Source of the DNA: Octopus vulgaris
Lineage: Eukaryota
Direction of reading: 5' to 3'
Assembly (NCBI GenBank): GCA_951406725.2
Contig: OX597841.1
Span: forward strand, 1,302,001-1,366,000
DNA: 64,000 bases
Below, piece after piece: positions 39,250-52,579 of this stretch. Both the position numbers and the translations under genes were made by a program. The notes under the pieces were generated by a model, which was not told where the DNA came from, ran no database searches, and saw only the letters and a program-made list of their open reading frames with translations. Positions within the stretch are counted from its first letter, which is position 1, and every line of letters begins with the position of its first letter.

Positions 39250-39435
39250 ATTATTATTATTGAGTAGTTTTATTTTTATAGTGTGCTTTCATTTCACTAC
39301 CAAGCGCAGCTCTGTGTGCCTTGGGTTTGTGCTGTGGTTTGTTGTGATGCTCTGATGGTTTCTGTATTGAAAGTGTTTTGCATAGGATGTGTGCAGTGCC
39401 CAGTGGTGCAATTTTCTGTATGTTATATAAATCTT
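39250..39435 (-). mobile_element. R4/Dong-like 3' end; same tail also at 1512-1559 inside (ATT)n
   Basis: YNIQKIAPLGTAHILCKTLS plus tail gtagtgaaatgaaagcacactataaaaataaaactac-(aat)n. Confidence 0.7.
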
Positions 39436-39716
39436 CACATTCTGAGTTCAAATGCTGTTGGAGTCAACTTTGCCTTTCATCCTGTCAGGGTTGATAAATT
39501 AAGTACCAGTTGTGTACTAGCCCCCTGCCCACTAATGTCAGGCCTTGTATGTACGTATAGTAGAAGGGATTATCATCATCATCATCATCATTATTATTAT
39601 TAACATTATCATCATCATCGTCATCATCATCATCATCATCATTATTATTATTGACATTATCATCATCGTCATCATCATCATCATCATTATCATTATCATC
39701 ATTATTATTATCATCA

Positions 39717-39753
<37 letters not shown>

Positions 39754-39929
39754 CATTATTATTATTATCATCATCATCATCATCATCATCATTATTATCA
39801 TTATTATTATTATTATTATTATCATCATCATCATCATCTTCATCATCATCCTCGTCATCATCATCATCATCATCATTATTATTATTATTATTATCATCAT
39901 CATCATCATCATCTTCATCATCATCCTCG

Positions 39930-39969
<40 letters not shown>

Positions 39970-40279
39970 TATCATCATTATTATTACTATTCAGGCAGCA
40001 ACCTGACAGAATTGTTAGGACGTTGGGCATAATCTTTAATGTCATTTTCGTCTGCCTTCACATTTTGGATTCAAATTCTGTTGGAAAGTCAACCTTGCCC
40101 CACATCTTTTTGCAGTCGATGAACCAAGTACAGCTAAGCACCGAGGCGGATGCATTCAACTGGCTGCTGCCTCCCGCCCAAAAATACTTCAGGCCTTGTG
40201 CCTATAACACAAAAAATTATTTCATTAGCGTTGCGTATTGTTTTTCTATGTTCTGTCTGAGTTTGGAGTCAGATAGCCA

Positions 40280-41115
40280 TACTCTCTCTTTTACTCGTTT
40301 CAGTCATTTGACTGCGGCCATGCTGGAGCACCGCCTTTAATCGAGCAACTCGACCCCGGGACTTATTCTTTTGTAAGCCCAGTACTTATTCTATCGGTCT
40401 CTTTTGCCGAACCGCTAAGTAACGGGGACATAAACACACCAGCATTGGTTGTCAAGCAATGCTAGGGGGACAAACACAGACACACAAACACACACTTGCA
40501 TATATATATACATATATAAACACACCAGCATTGGTTGTCAAGCAATGCTAGGGGGACAAACACAGACACACAAACATACACACGCACACATATATATATG
40601 CATATATACGACGGGCTTCTTTCAGTTTCCGTCTACCAAATCCACTCACAAGGCTTTGGTCGGCCTGAGGCTATAGTAGAAGACACTTGCTCAAGGTGCC
40701 ACGCAGTGGGACTGAACCCGGGAACCATGTGGTTGGTAAACAAGCTACTTACCACACAGCCACTCCTGTGCCTGCATATACATATATACGACGGGCTTCT
40801 TTCAGTTTCCGTCTACCAAATCCACTCACAAGGCTTTGGTCGGCCTGAGGCTATAGTAGAAGACACTTGCCCAAGGTGCCACGCAGTGGGACTGAACCCG
40901 GGAATCATGTGGTTGGGAAGCAAGTTTTGTACCACACAACCACACCTGTGCCTACATGATGATCTTTCAGTTCCATCTACCAAATCCACTCACAGGGCTT
41001 TGGTCGATTAAGGCTTTAGTAGAAGACACTTGCCCAAGGTGCCATGCAGTGGGACTGAACCCGGGACCATGTGGTTGGTAAACAAGCTACTTACCACACA
41101 GCCACTCCTGCGCCT
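40280..41115 (-). mobile_element. SINE family A with internal duplication and three tandem head halves
   Basis: taaacacaccagcattggttgtc occurs twice (40431, 40517); head segment repeated at about 40610, 40790 and 40965. Confidence 0.85.
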
Positions 41116-41976
41116 ACTGTAAACTCTATGTGCTGTGTGTGTCGGTTATATTATATTATTGAGTCGAACATAAGTTTGCGAATCGTGTGAAACGTTGGGT
41201 GTTATGAAGTCTATCGCAGTATAAAGCATGAATTATGTAAGAGAATCTACTGTATTATTTTATCAGAAGGGTGATTGTTTTATATGTGCTGCTGTGAGTG
41301 AGTTTGGAGCTGGTTAGTGACTGTGGCACGAAGTATGATGTGTATGCTGTTTAGATCGTGTTTGCTGCTGCTACTGCTGCTCCTGCTGCTGCTGTATGGC
41401 AATTGTGTTGAACGTGAGCTTTGGTGTGACGGTGTCAAGTATCGATTAGATAAAGGTATGTGTTGTCTTATTTTATTGGGTGGTGATCGTATAAAGTGAT
41501 GGGTTGTGTGTGTGTGTGTGCGTGCATGTGGATTTGTTGTATATATGCATGTGTGTGTATGTGTGTGTGTGTGGGTGTGTGTGTTTATGTATGTATGTAT
41601 GTATGTGTGTACATAGAGTTTCAGTGTTGGGCAGTGATTGTACAGAACACGGAGCGGCTGTGTGATTTCAGTGTTAGATTATTGAATGGCAATTCGGGTA
41701 GAATGGGAGTTGTGAGAATTTGGTGGCGGAGGCGGCGACGGTGGTGGTGGCGGTGGTGGCAGCGGCAGTAGTGTCAGTGATGATGGTGGTAGTGATGGTG
41801 ACAGTGGTGGTGGTTGTGGTGGTGATGGTGGTTGTGGTGGTGATGGTGGTGATGGTGATGGTGGCGGTAGTGATGATTATGGTGGTGGTGGTGATGCTGG
41901 TGGAGCAAAGTGCTTTGTAACACACATTTTCATTCTGAATTGGAATCTTGTTCTAGTTTGCTTGTTCTCTCATTCA

Positions 41977-42017
<41 letters not shown>

Positions 42018-42098
42018 TGTCATCATCATCATCTTCATTATCGTCATCATCATCATCATCGTCATCGTCATTATCATCATCATCATCATCATTGTCCT

Positions 42099-42131
<33 letters not shown>

Positions 42132-42489
42132 TGTCATCATCTTCATTATCGTCGTCATCATCATCATCATCGTCATTATCATCATCATCATCATTGTCCT
42201 AATCATCATCATCATCTTCATTATCATCGTCATCGTCATCATCATCATCGTCATAATCATCATCATCATCTTCATTATCGTTGTCATCATCATCATCGTC
42301 ATCATCATCATCATTATCATCGTCATCATCTTCATTATCATCGTCATCATCATCATCATCGTCATAATCATCATCATAACCATCATTATCATCATCATCA
42401 TCATCGTCATCATCATCATTTAACGTCTGCTTTCCATGTTGACATGGGTTGGATGGTTTGACAGACTGCACCACTCCTCACTGTCTTGA

Positions 42490-43287
42490 ATTCCTCACTT
42501 GAATTCCACAAGGTATGGACTTGTACAAAGTTGAATTGTTTCCAAAGGAATTTTTGTCCATTCTTCAGCTAAAATAGTCTCCAGTTCTTGTAGTGATGAT
42601 GATGGAGGATATTGACTCATTACTTGTTTTTCCAAAATGCACCATAAATGTTGAATAATATTGGGATCTGGGGGCTGTGGTGTCCAGAAAAGATGCCCAA
42701 CTTCACTAGAATGTTCCTCGTGCCATTCGGTAACAATTTGAGCTGTGTGAATTGGTGCATTATCATCCTGAAAGATTGCGTTTCCTTCTGGAAATAGTTT
42801 TGCGACCATTGGATGAATTTGATCAGATAAAATGCTTAAATAGTCTTAACTATTAATTCTGCAATGAAGGGAAACCATTGGGCTGGCGGATTTCCAAGAT
42901 ATAGTCCGGTCCCTATCTGAAAGTTTTGGTTTTCTTCTGAGTTTTCTTTTGACGAGGAGGTTTTTTCCTCTTTCTCAAAGGCTGGCATTACTTTTGAGAC
43001 AGTGATTCTTGACACACCAAACATTTAGGCTGTTTTCATTATGCTAGCACCTGCAATACGAGCAGCAACAATTTGACCTTTTTGAAAGTCTGATAGATCT
43101 GTCATTTTAATGAATTTTAATTACTTTTTCTGATGACATCTGAAAAGAAACAGCAATTTTAGCAGAACAAAGTAAAGAACACTAATTATAAATAAAAAAA
43201 AACATAAAAATAAACAAGCTTTCGAGGGTTTTATAGATATTTGAAAATTATGATGCTAGGTGTTTCCATTATTTTGTCCAACTCCTG
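42490..43287 (-). mobile_element. Decayed Tc1-family transposon (36-residue D-E spacing)
   Basis: FQDDNAPIH..WTPQPPDPNIIQHLW (42495-42809), HTH relic MFGVSRITVSKV, one TIR caggagttggacaaaataatggaaac next to TA. Confidence 0.88.
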
Positions 43288-43849
43288 TATATATGATTTA
43301 ATGGTAATATTATAAACCACCATGGCTTCCGTGTCGGTGGCACGTAAAAAGCACCATCCGAATCGTGGCCGAAGCCAGTGCCGCCTCGACTGGCTTCCGT
43401 GCAGGTGGCACGTAAAATGCACCAATCCGCCCGTGGCCGATGCCAGCCTCGCCTGGCTCCAGTGCAGGTGGCACGTAAAAAGCACCCACTACACTCACGG
43501 AGTGGTTGGCATTAGGAAGGGCATCCAGCTGTAGAAACATTGCCAGATAAGACCGGAGCCTGGTGCAGCCTTCTGGCTTCCCAGATCCCCAGTCGAACTG
43601 TCCAACCCATGCTGGCATGGAAAACGGACATTAAACGATGATGATGATGGTGATGAGGATCATTGTTGTTGTCATCATCCTCATCAGCAGCATCATCATC
43701 ATGATCATCATCAGCATCATCATATAATCATCATGATCATCATTATCATCGTCATCATCATGATCATCATCATCATCAGCATCATCATCAGCATCATTTT
43801 CATCACCATTATGCCAGCTGCCCCTCCAATCACCCTGTAGTGCCTACAT

Positions 43850-44010
43850 CAGTGGTTCTCAACAATTTTTTTTCCTATGGACTCCGTTAATTCCTGTTTT
43901 ACTTGGCTGGACCCTCATAACTATGCCATATTTAAAAACTCCTATTAGATCCTTATTAGGAACTGTATAAAAAAAAATTGTCAAAAGGTTTTGTGTATTA
44001 TAGAAGTAAT
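43850..44010. mobile_element. hAT-Charlie-like terminal fragment
   Basis: Starts cagtggttctcaac, a typical Charlie-type terminus; partner end not found. Confidence 0.4.
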
Positions 44011-44039
44011 ATACATATATACATATATTTTCTATTTTG

Positions 44040-44405
44040 GATATATTTGGGGGACTTAGGTCTGCTCAGGACTTAGTGTTTGCTTTTTCCATGGGTATGA
44101 GTAAGTATTCCATTTATGTCTTACGTATTTATCGCTGAAGAGGGGAAAATTCTTATGAATTAACCCCGAAATTGGGACCAATACAGTACTAACGGATTTT
44201 TTTAGAAATTTCTATTGGTTTGTTTCGAGACGCATAAATTTTAATGGTTATTGACAATTCTGTCTTTTTCTCGACATATTTGGTATTAGAATTTTTCTTT
44301 TGCCCTTCTTTTGTAAATTATTTATAAATTTAACCTTTAAAGGTATTTTTTGATATGCTGGCCATTGATAAAATTTTTTCGAAAAAAATTTTATCCTACA
44401 TTAGT
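44040..44405 (+). mobile_element. Hammerhead-bearing Penelope-like fragment ending in (TA)n; inverted partial paralogue at 47288-47430
   Basis: Hammerhead at 44130-44188; 44325-44400 is the reverse complement of 47288-47370. Confidence 0.55.
44130..44188 (+). ncRNA. Type I hammerhead ribozyme motif with canonical core
   Basis: tatcg-CTGAAGA-GGGGaaAATTCttatGAATTaaCCCC-GAAA-TTGGgaCCAA-TA-cagta; predicted cleavage after A44183; one stem I mismatch. Confidence 0.75.
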
Positions 44406-44406
44406 C

Positions 44407-44508
<102 letters not shown>

Positions 44509-44727
44509 CATATCTTTTACTCTTTTTACTTGTTTCAGTCATTTGACTGCAGCCATGTTGGAGCACCGCCTTTAGTCGAGCAAATCGACCCCGAGATTTA
44601 TTCTTTGTAAGCCCAGTACTTATTCTATCGGTCTCTTTTGCCGAATCACTAAGTGACGAGGACATAAACACACCAGCATCAGTTGTCACACAATGCTAGG
44701 GGGACAAACACAGACACACATATACAT

Positions 44728-44772
<45 letters not shown>

Positions 44773-45153
44773 CACACAAACACACACACATAAGGCAGTG
44801 CTCCAGCTTGGTCACAATGAAACGATTGAAACAAGTAAAAGGCAGGATATATTGGACAATGAAGACGTGTAGACCTATAAAGATGGGTGCAGAGAAACAA
44901 AGGACTGGGTGGTCGGGGTCGGATTGTCTTTAACCATATGTTTACTGGATTGTGATTGATGATCCAGTGATGCTGGTTCTAGGTTGTCTGGTTGGCATCC
45001 GTCATCACGTGACGTTGCATCGATGCGCAGTGCACGTGCAACATATGCCTGTCAACCTTCAGCACATGGCAGTATGCCCCGCCTTGCTCTTCCTTTTCTC
45101 ATGGTCTATCAGTCTGTGTGTGTACATATGTTTGTATATGCATATGTAAGTGA

Positions 45154-45198
<45 letters not shown>

Positions 45199-45560
45199 CA
45201 TAAGTGTATGTGTACATATATATATGTATATGTATAAATATGTGTGTGTATATATGTGTGTGTGTGTGTATATTTATATATACATATACATACATATGTG
45301 TATGTTTACATATGTGTATGTGTATATATATGTGTGTGTATATATGTATGTGTGTATATATTTATATATATATACATATACACACGCACACATATATATG
45401 CACATACATATATATATGTAAACATACACCTATGTATGTATAACATACACATATTTTTTTTTTTTGTGTGTGTGTGTGTGTGTGTATATATGTATATATA
45501 TATATGTATGTATATATGTATATATATATACATACATATATATATGTGTGTGTATATATG

Positions 45561-45593
<33 letters not shown>

Positions 45594-45632
45594 GTGTATG
45601 TGTGTGTGTGTGTGTATATATATATACATGTG

Positions 45633-45684
<52 letters not shown>

Positions 45685-45788
45685 CATGTATGTACATTTG
45701 TATTTATGGCTCTCTCTCTCTCTATGTATATATATATGTGTGTGTGTGTAAGTGTGTATATATATATATATATATATATATTGTTCTC

Positions 45789-45829
<41 letters not shown>

Positions 45830-46024
45830 CCTTGCTGCACTGTGCAACACTGTGCACTACATATGTTCAAGGCTATTGCAGGCAACTGACTGTCTACAGT
45901 TATACAACAATCTGCTGCTTCCACTGCTACCTGTGCAGTATATACACGCAGGGAGAGAGAGGGGTGGGGGAGGGAAGAGAGATGCATACACCACACAGAA
46001 ATGCAGAGAACGGAAGGGAGGAAG

Positions 46025-46428
46025 TAAGAGAGAGAGAGAGAGAGGGAGGGAGAGTGAGACAGACAGAGTAAGAGAGAGAGAGGGGGGAGGGGGAGTGAGA
46101 CATAGACAGAGAGAGAGAGAGAGGGTGAGTGAGACATAGAGAGAGAGAGGGGGAGGGGGGTGAGTGAGACATAGACAGAGAGAGAGAGAGTGAGGGTGAG
46201 TGAGACATAGACAGAGAGAGAGAGGGAGGGTGAGTGAGACATAGACAGAGAGAGAGAGGGGGATGGGGAGTGAGTGAGACATAGACAGAGAGAGAGGGGG
46301 GGAGGGGGAGTGAGACATAGACAGAGAGGGAGAGAGACAAAGACTGACAGACAGACAGTGGAAGGGAGAGAGAGACAAAGACAGACAGACAGACAGTGGA
46401 AGGGAGAGAGAGACAAAGACGGACAGAC

Positions 46429-46460
<32 letters not shown>

Positions 46461-46770
46461 CACAGGAGAATGAATGGGACACAGACAGACAGAGAGAGAG
46501 AGACAGACAGATAGAGTGTGTGAGAGAAAGAGAGACAGACAAACAGTGAGAGAGAGAGAGAAAGAGATAGAGAGAGAGTCGGAGAATGAGTGGGACGCAG
46601 ACAGATAGAGAGAGAGAGGGAGAGAGACAGACAGAGACAGAAACAGACAGATAGAGTGTGAGAGAGAGAGAGAGAAAGGGAGACAGACAGACAAACTGTG
46701 AGAGTGAGAGAGAGAGAGAGGGGGAAGAAAGAGAGACTGAGACAGTGGAAGAAAGAGAGACAGAGAGAGA
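46025..46770. repeat. (GA)n/(GACA)n array with a ~35-bp higher-order unit
   Basis: gagtgagacatagacagagagagag recurring. Confidence 0.9.
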
Positions 46771-47241
46771 TTTTGGTAGTTTGATTTGCAGCTGCACCTA
46801 AACTGGATGTCTGCATTGTTGCAATGATCATCATCATCATCACTAACAACATCAACCACCAGCCAGCGAAGAAGCCACCATGTGGTCCCTCCACTCGTTA
46901 GAAATAGCAGCTTAGTCTCACTTGAATTTATACCCTTCTGTCAACAACAACATCAACGAAGGAACAAATCCCTTGAAGTCCCATCACTGAACAAAAACCA
47001 AAAGTGAGACAAAAACAAAACACGCACAAGCATGGCTGTTCCCAACCACATGGTTGCGGGTTCAGTCCCACTGCGTGGCAGGCTTGGTAATTGTTTCCTA
47101 CTGTAGCCTTGGTCTGACCAAAGCTTAGTGAATGGATTTTGTTTGATGGAAACTGAAAGAAGCCCATATATATATATATATATATATCATCATCATCATC
47201 ATCATCATTTCTTTGTATCCGTTGTCCATGCTCGCATGGGT

Positions 47242-47283
<42 letters not shown>

Positions 47284-47428
47284 ATATGTAGGATAAAATT
47301 TTTCTATATCTAAAAGAAAATTTTATCAATGGCCAGCATATTAAAAAATACCTTTAAAGGTTAAATTATAAACAACTTATAAATAAGGGCAAACAAAAAA
47401 ATATATTTGTTTGCCCTTATTTATAAGT

Positions 47429-47518
<90 letters not shown>

Positions 47519-47812
47519 TTGAGTGAGGTCATTGCCAGTGCTGCTGGACTGGCTCCTGTACAGATGGCACGTAAAAACACCATTTGAGTGACGTCGTTGC
47601 CAGTACCGCCTGACTGGCCCTCATGCCGGTGGCACATAAAAGCACCCACTACACTCTGAGAGTGGTTGGCGTTAGGAAGAGTATCCAGCTGTAGAAACTC
47701 TGCTGGATCAGATTGGAGCTTGGTACAGCCATCTGGTTCGCCAGTCCTCAGTCAAATACTCCAACCCATGCCAGCATGGAAAGCAGACGTTAAACGATGA
47801 TGATGATGATAT

Positions 47813-48041
47813 ATGGTATTTTTACACAAGCTTAAAGCTTATGGTGATCACCATGCAGTGACTAAGAAAAAATTGTCTAATAAAGAGGCATATAAGCCCT
47901 CGACAGAAAAAGAAGGCTTCTCACATGGATAGGAAAGCCTTCTTTTTTCTGTCAAGGACTTATATGCCCCATTATTAAACTATTTTCCTTACTCATTGCA
48001 TGGTGATCACCATTAGCTTTAAGCTTATATGAAAATACCAT
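47813..48041. repeat. Diverged inverted repeat, ~105-bp arms
   Basis: atggtatt..aagcttaaagct..gacagaaaaagaaggctt mirrored around a ~15-nt loop. Confidence 0.88.
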
Positions 48042-48112
48042 TATTATTATTTACAGGATTATAAATCACGGCACCATGTAAAGAAACCATTCACACCAAA
48101 AGCATATATATA

Positions 48113-48615
48113 TCATCATCATCGTTTAACGTCCGTTTTCCATGCTAGCATGGGTTGGACGGTTCAAATAGGGTCTGGGGAGCCAGTAGGCTGCGCCAGG
48201 CCCAGTCTGATCTGGCAGTGTTTCTACAGCTGGATGCCCTTCCTAACGCCAACCACTTCGTGAGTGTAGTGGGTGCTTTTTAAGTGCTACCTGCACAGGT
48301 GCCAGACGAGGCTGGCAAACGGCCACGATTGGATGGTGCTTTTTACGTGCCACCGGCACTGGGGCCAGTCAGGGCGGCGCTGGTAACGGCCACATTCGGA
48401 CGGTTCTCTTGTGCCACCGGTTGATCGATTTCGATTTTCACTTGCCTCAACAGGTCTTCACAAGTAGGGTTTGTGTCACAAGAAGGAAAGGTATGCATAA
48501 GTCAACTGGCTACATCCCATGTAGAGGCCACGGGTTATGGTCTCACTTGTCCTGCCGGGTCTTCCCACGCACAGCATACTTCCAAAGGTCTTGGTCTCTG
48601 GTCATTTGCTCAGTG

Positions 48616-48617
<2 letters not shown>
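48113..48617 (-). mobile_element. 5'-truncated RTE LINE: last codons of ORF2, 3' UTR and (GAT)n tail
   Basis: Minus strand TEQMTRDQDLWKYAVRGKTRQDK* (stop 48543-45), then the repeat-containing UTR ending ggaaaacggacgttaaacgatgatgat. Confidence 0.8.
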
Positions 48618-48646
<29 letters not shown>

Positions 48647-48649
48647 CGT

Positions 48650-48930
48650 ATAAAGTTAATCCAAACATGAAAACACCAAGAGAAAACACAACAATGCGAG
48701 GACATGGAACAAGTATAGTATTATTGGACGCTCAGGAAGGAAGGGAAGAAGGAGGGATTTACGTTTCGAGCCGGAGCTCTTCATCAGAAACATAGGAGAA
48801 GGAAAGATCCAGAGAAGCGAAGACGGAGGAAAAAAAATCGCCAACAGTACACACGTGGTCACATTTTGAATGCTTTTTAAATTCGTCGCAGTAGCACGTG
48901 AGAGGCGTGAAGTGGAGTCCCCTACTGACA
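48650..48930 (-). mobile_element. Short hammerhead-bearing Penelope-like terminal fragment in (TA)n; paralogue at 55970-56180
   Basis: Both copies share aaagttaatccaaaca..gtattattggacgctcaggaa..ggaaagatccagagaag, abut (TA)n and carry a minimal hammerhead. Confidence 0.6.
48756..48791 (-). ncRNA. Minimal type I hammerhead motif, canonical core
   Basis: Minus strand reads gttt-CTGATGA-a-GAGCtccgGCTC-GAAA-CG-TA-aatc. Confidence 0.7.
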
Positions 48931-48942
48931 TATATATACATA

Positions 48943-49030
48943 CAATAATCCCTCGACTATCATGAGTGTTATATTCCTAAACTCCCTGCAATAGGTGAAA
49001 GTCTGCGAAGTAGAAACAGTACTGTACTGT
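48943..49030. mobile_element. pogo/Tigger-like terminal fragment
   Basis: ta|caataatccctcgactatc..gtgttatattcc resembles Tigger-type TIRs. Confidence 0.4.
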
Positions 49031-49802
49031 CTATTTTGTTTCTAATTTTTCTAATTTATATATTTATTTTATTATATATATTATATATACATATATATAT
49101 TCATATATATGTATATATATATGAATCAATCCATGTGTACATGTGTTTGTATGTATCTTATATATATATATATATTTAATATTTATATATACACACACTT
49201 ACTCATGTATCTGTATACAACATTAATAATTAATCTTTGTTCAGATTAATCCTGGATTAACTCCAAATTCCCCATAAGATTAATCCAAGGTTCAAAACAG
49301 CAGAAGCTTTCTGAGATGTTACAGCAAGTGGACAACTTTTATTGCGCTTGTTTTCGACCATTTCATTCTTGCTATTAGCCCGGATCATTCCTGTTCAAAG
49401 GCGCTCCAGCCATGACCAACCCAACTTTTATTCAGACATAGTCTATGTCTATTTGTGTTTATACTATAAAAACGTGTCTCTGTTGTTGTTGTTGTTGTTT
49501 AGCCCTAATCAATCCTGATCTGGTAGACTTATTATCGAAGGTGTTCTAGCCATGACCAACTCAACTCTCATTCAGACATAGTCTGCCTGGGGTTATATGA
49601 TCCAATGTGTGTGTGTGTGTTTGTTGTTTAGTTCGGGTCAAACATGATCTGGCTGACATATGATATTCCAGCTGTGATTATCGCATTTTATTTTCTGTAT
49701 ATTGAGATATAGTATATCTTGTATGTGCATAAGCATACCTATATGGATATATATATGTGTGTGTGTATATGGATATGCATTCATACATATATATATATGT
49801 GC

Positions 49803-49852
<50 letters not shown>

Positions 49853-50839
49853 TATATATATAACATATATATACTTACAATATATATATATTTATGCATG
49901 TGTATATATATATATATATATACACACATATATAAATATATATATACATATAAACTTATGTATTCATGTTTACGCATATACACGCATGTATATGTATATA
50001 CATATACACATGTATGTATGTATGCATGCATGTATGTATGAATGTTTATGTATTCAGATGTAATATATATGCATATATATATCATATATCATATATATAT
50101 ATATATACATACACATATATGTATCTGTATATATATATATATATGTACAATATGTGTATATTTATGTATGTATATATATTTATACATAAACACACACATG
50201 AATATATGCTATATATATATATATATATATATATATGCATATACATATAAATATATATATATTCATGTATTCACATATGCACACATATGTATATGTATAT
50301 ACATATACACATATATGTATACATACACATGCACATATACAAATACATATTTCTATCTATTTATTTGTGTGTGTGCATACACATGCATACACACTCACAT
50401 CATCATCATCATCATCGTCATCTTCACAGATTGTTGATGTGGTTGCCCCCACCCCACCTAACGCAATGTGAGTTCAATGTAGCAATCGGAGTTGGAGCAA
50501 GAGAATGAGTTCGACCTAAATTGACTTGAAATTCGAACCATCCAAGGTGAACATAGCCATGGGGACTGTTCCTTGGGCATGATTTGGTAAAGGTTGGCGC
50601 ATTTCGCATTCCATTCCAGAATGTGATGCCATGTCGAATACGCTGTTCCATCGTAGCTTCATCAGAATCATCATCATCATCATCGTTGTTGTTGTCGTTG
50701 TTGTTGTTGCTATGATCATCACCATCGCCATTATCATTAGCAGCAGCAGCAACAACACGACCACAACCACTAGCACCGCTACTGCCACTAACACCACTAC
50801 CACAACCGAATCCGCTCCCAACCACGACTTCCACTGCAA

Positions 50840-51511
50840 GCATCACCATCATCACTACCACCATCACTACCACCACCACCACTATCATCGTCGCCATCAT
50901 CATCGTCAGAATCCTCATCATCACCCTCTTAATTATCATCATCTTCATCATCATCACCATCATCATCACGATGAACACCATCATCATTATCAGTATCATC
51001 ATCTTCATCATCACTATTGCCATCATCATCATCATCATTGTTATCATCATCACTGTCCTCATCACCATCATCACCATTATCATCATCATCAACATCATCA
51101 TCATCATCATCGCCATCATCATCATCATCAGAATCCTCATCATCGCCCTCTTGATTATCATCTTCATCATCTTCATCATCATCATCGTCAACACCATGAC
51201 CAACACCATCAACATCATCATCATTATCAGTATCATCATCTCTCATCATTATTGCCATCGCTATCATCATCATCACCATCGCCACCATCATCATCATCAC
51301 CATTGCCACCATCATCATCATCATCATCATCGCCATCGCTACCATCATCATCAACATTGCCACCATCATCATCATCATCATCATTATCATCATCATTATC
51401 GTCATCAATATCATCATCATCACCATCGCCACCATCATCATCATCACCATCGCCATCGCTACCATCATCATCACCATCGCCACCACCATCATCATCATCA
51501 TCATCATCATC

Positions 51512-51545
<34 letters not shown>

Positions 51546-51642
51546 TCACCATCGTTATCACCATCACCATCGCCACCACCATCATCATCATCATCACCAT
51601 CGTTATCATCATCACCATCACCATCGTCATCATCATCATCAT
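50840..51642. repeat. (CAT/CAC)n array; similar arrays at 877-1045, 20610-20920, 31470-31707, 39570-39990, 41975-42420, 61040-61460
   Basis: Directly visible trinucleotide repeats; source of the poly-His/Ile/Met/Ser ORFs. Confidence 0.95.
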
Positions 51643-51838
51643 CTACATAAAACTACCCCCCCTCCCGACAGCAAATTGTTCAAATTAAGAGATATGAATC
51701 CTCTATTGAATAGAGATCCATTCAGGCCGATGTCTTCAGCTTGAAATGATGAGAAAGGCAAAGCATTCTTTCAAAATAAGAACCAAAATAGACTCTCACA
51801 ATTGTTTACTGGCTACAGAAATTCTTACCATTTATTGG

Positions 51839-51883
<45 letters not shown>

Positions 51884-51975
51884 TGTACACGTGTGAATTT
51901 GTATTTGTGTATGTCTCACATTTTCTGTGTGTGTCTTGGTCTACCTTTATGCACACACACGCACCCACACGTGTG

Positions 51976-52008
<33 letters not shown>

Positions 52009-52016
52009 GTATATAT

Positions 52017-52047
<31 letters not shown>

Positions 52048-52056
52048 CATACATAG

Positions 52057-52096
<40 letters not shown>

Positions 52097-52149
52097 CTCT
52101 CTCTTTATATATCATGAGATATATATATGTATATATATATATGTGTGTA

Positions 52150-52205
<56 letters not shown>

Positions 52206-52579
52206 TATATATATATGTGCATCTATGTATATGTAAGCACCAAAAATAAATATAGAGATTTATGATTTATGTATGTACACAGGTATGCATATGTGTGTGT
52301 GTGTGTATATATATATATACACACACATATATATACATATATACACTCACATGTATGTATCTATATATTTTATATAGTCTACGGTTATTGCTTCACACAC
52401 AGAAATATATGTATACAAACATATATACGTACACACACACACACACATATATACACATACATACCTACATACATACATACATACATACATACATACATGT
52501 ATGTATGTATGCATGATTATTTGTGTGTGCAGATAAAGATGCTGGTACTAGGTCACGAAAGTTACAGAAAGAGATGTAG

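Noticed and set aside
43125-43152. ctgatgacatctgaaa hammerhead-like string
   Set aside because: No stem II or stem III can form; it lies inside the Tc1 relic.
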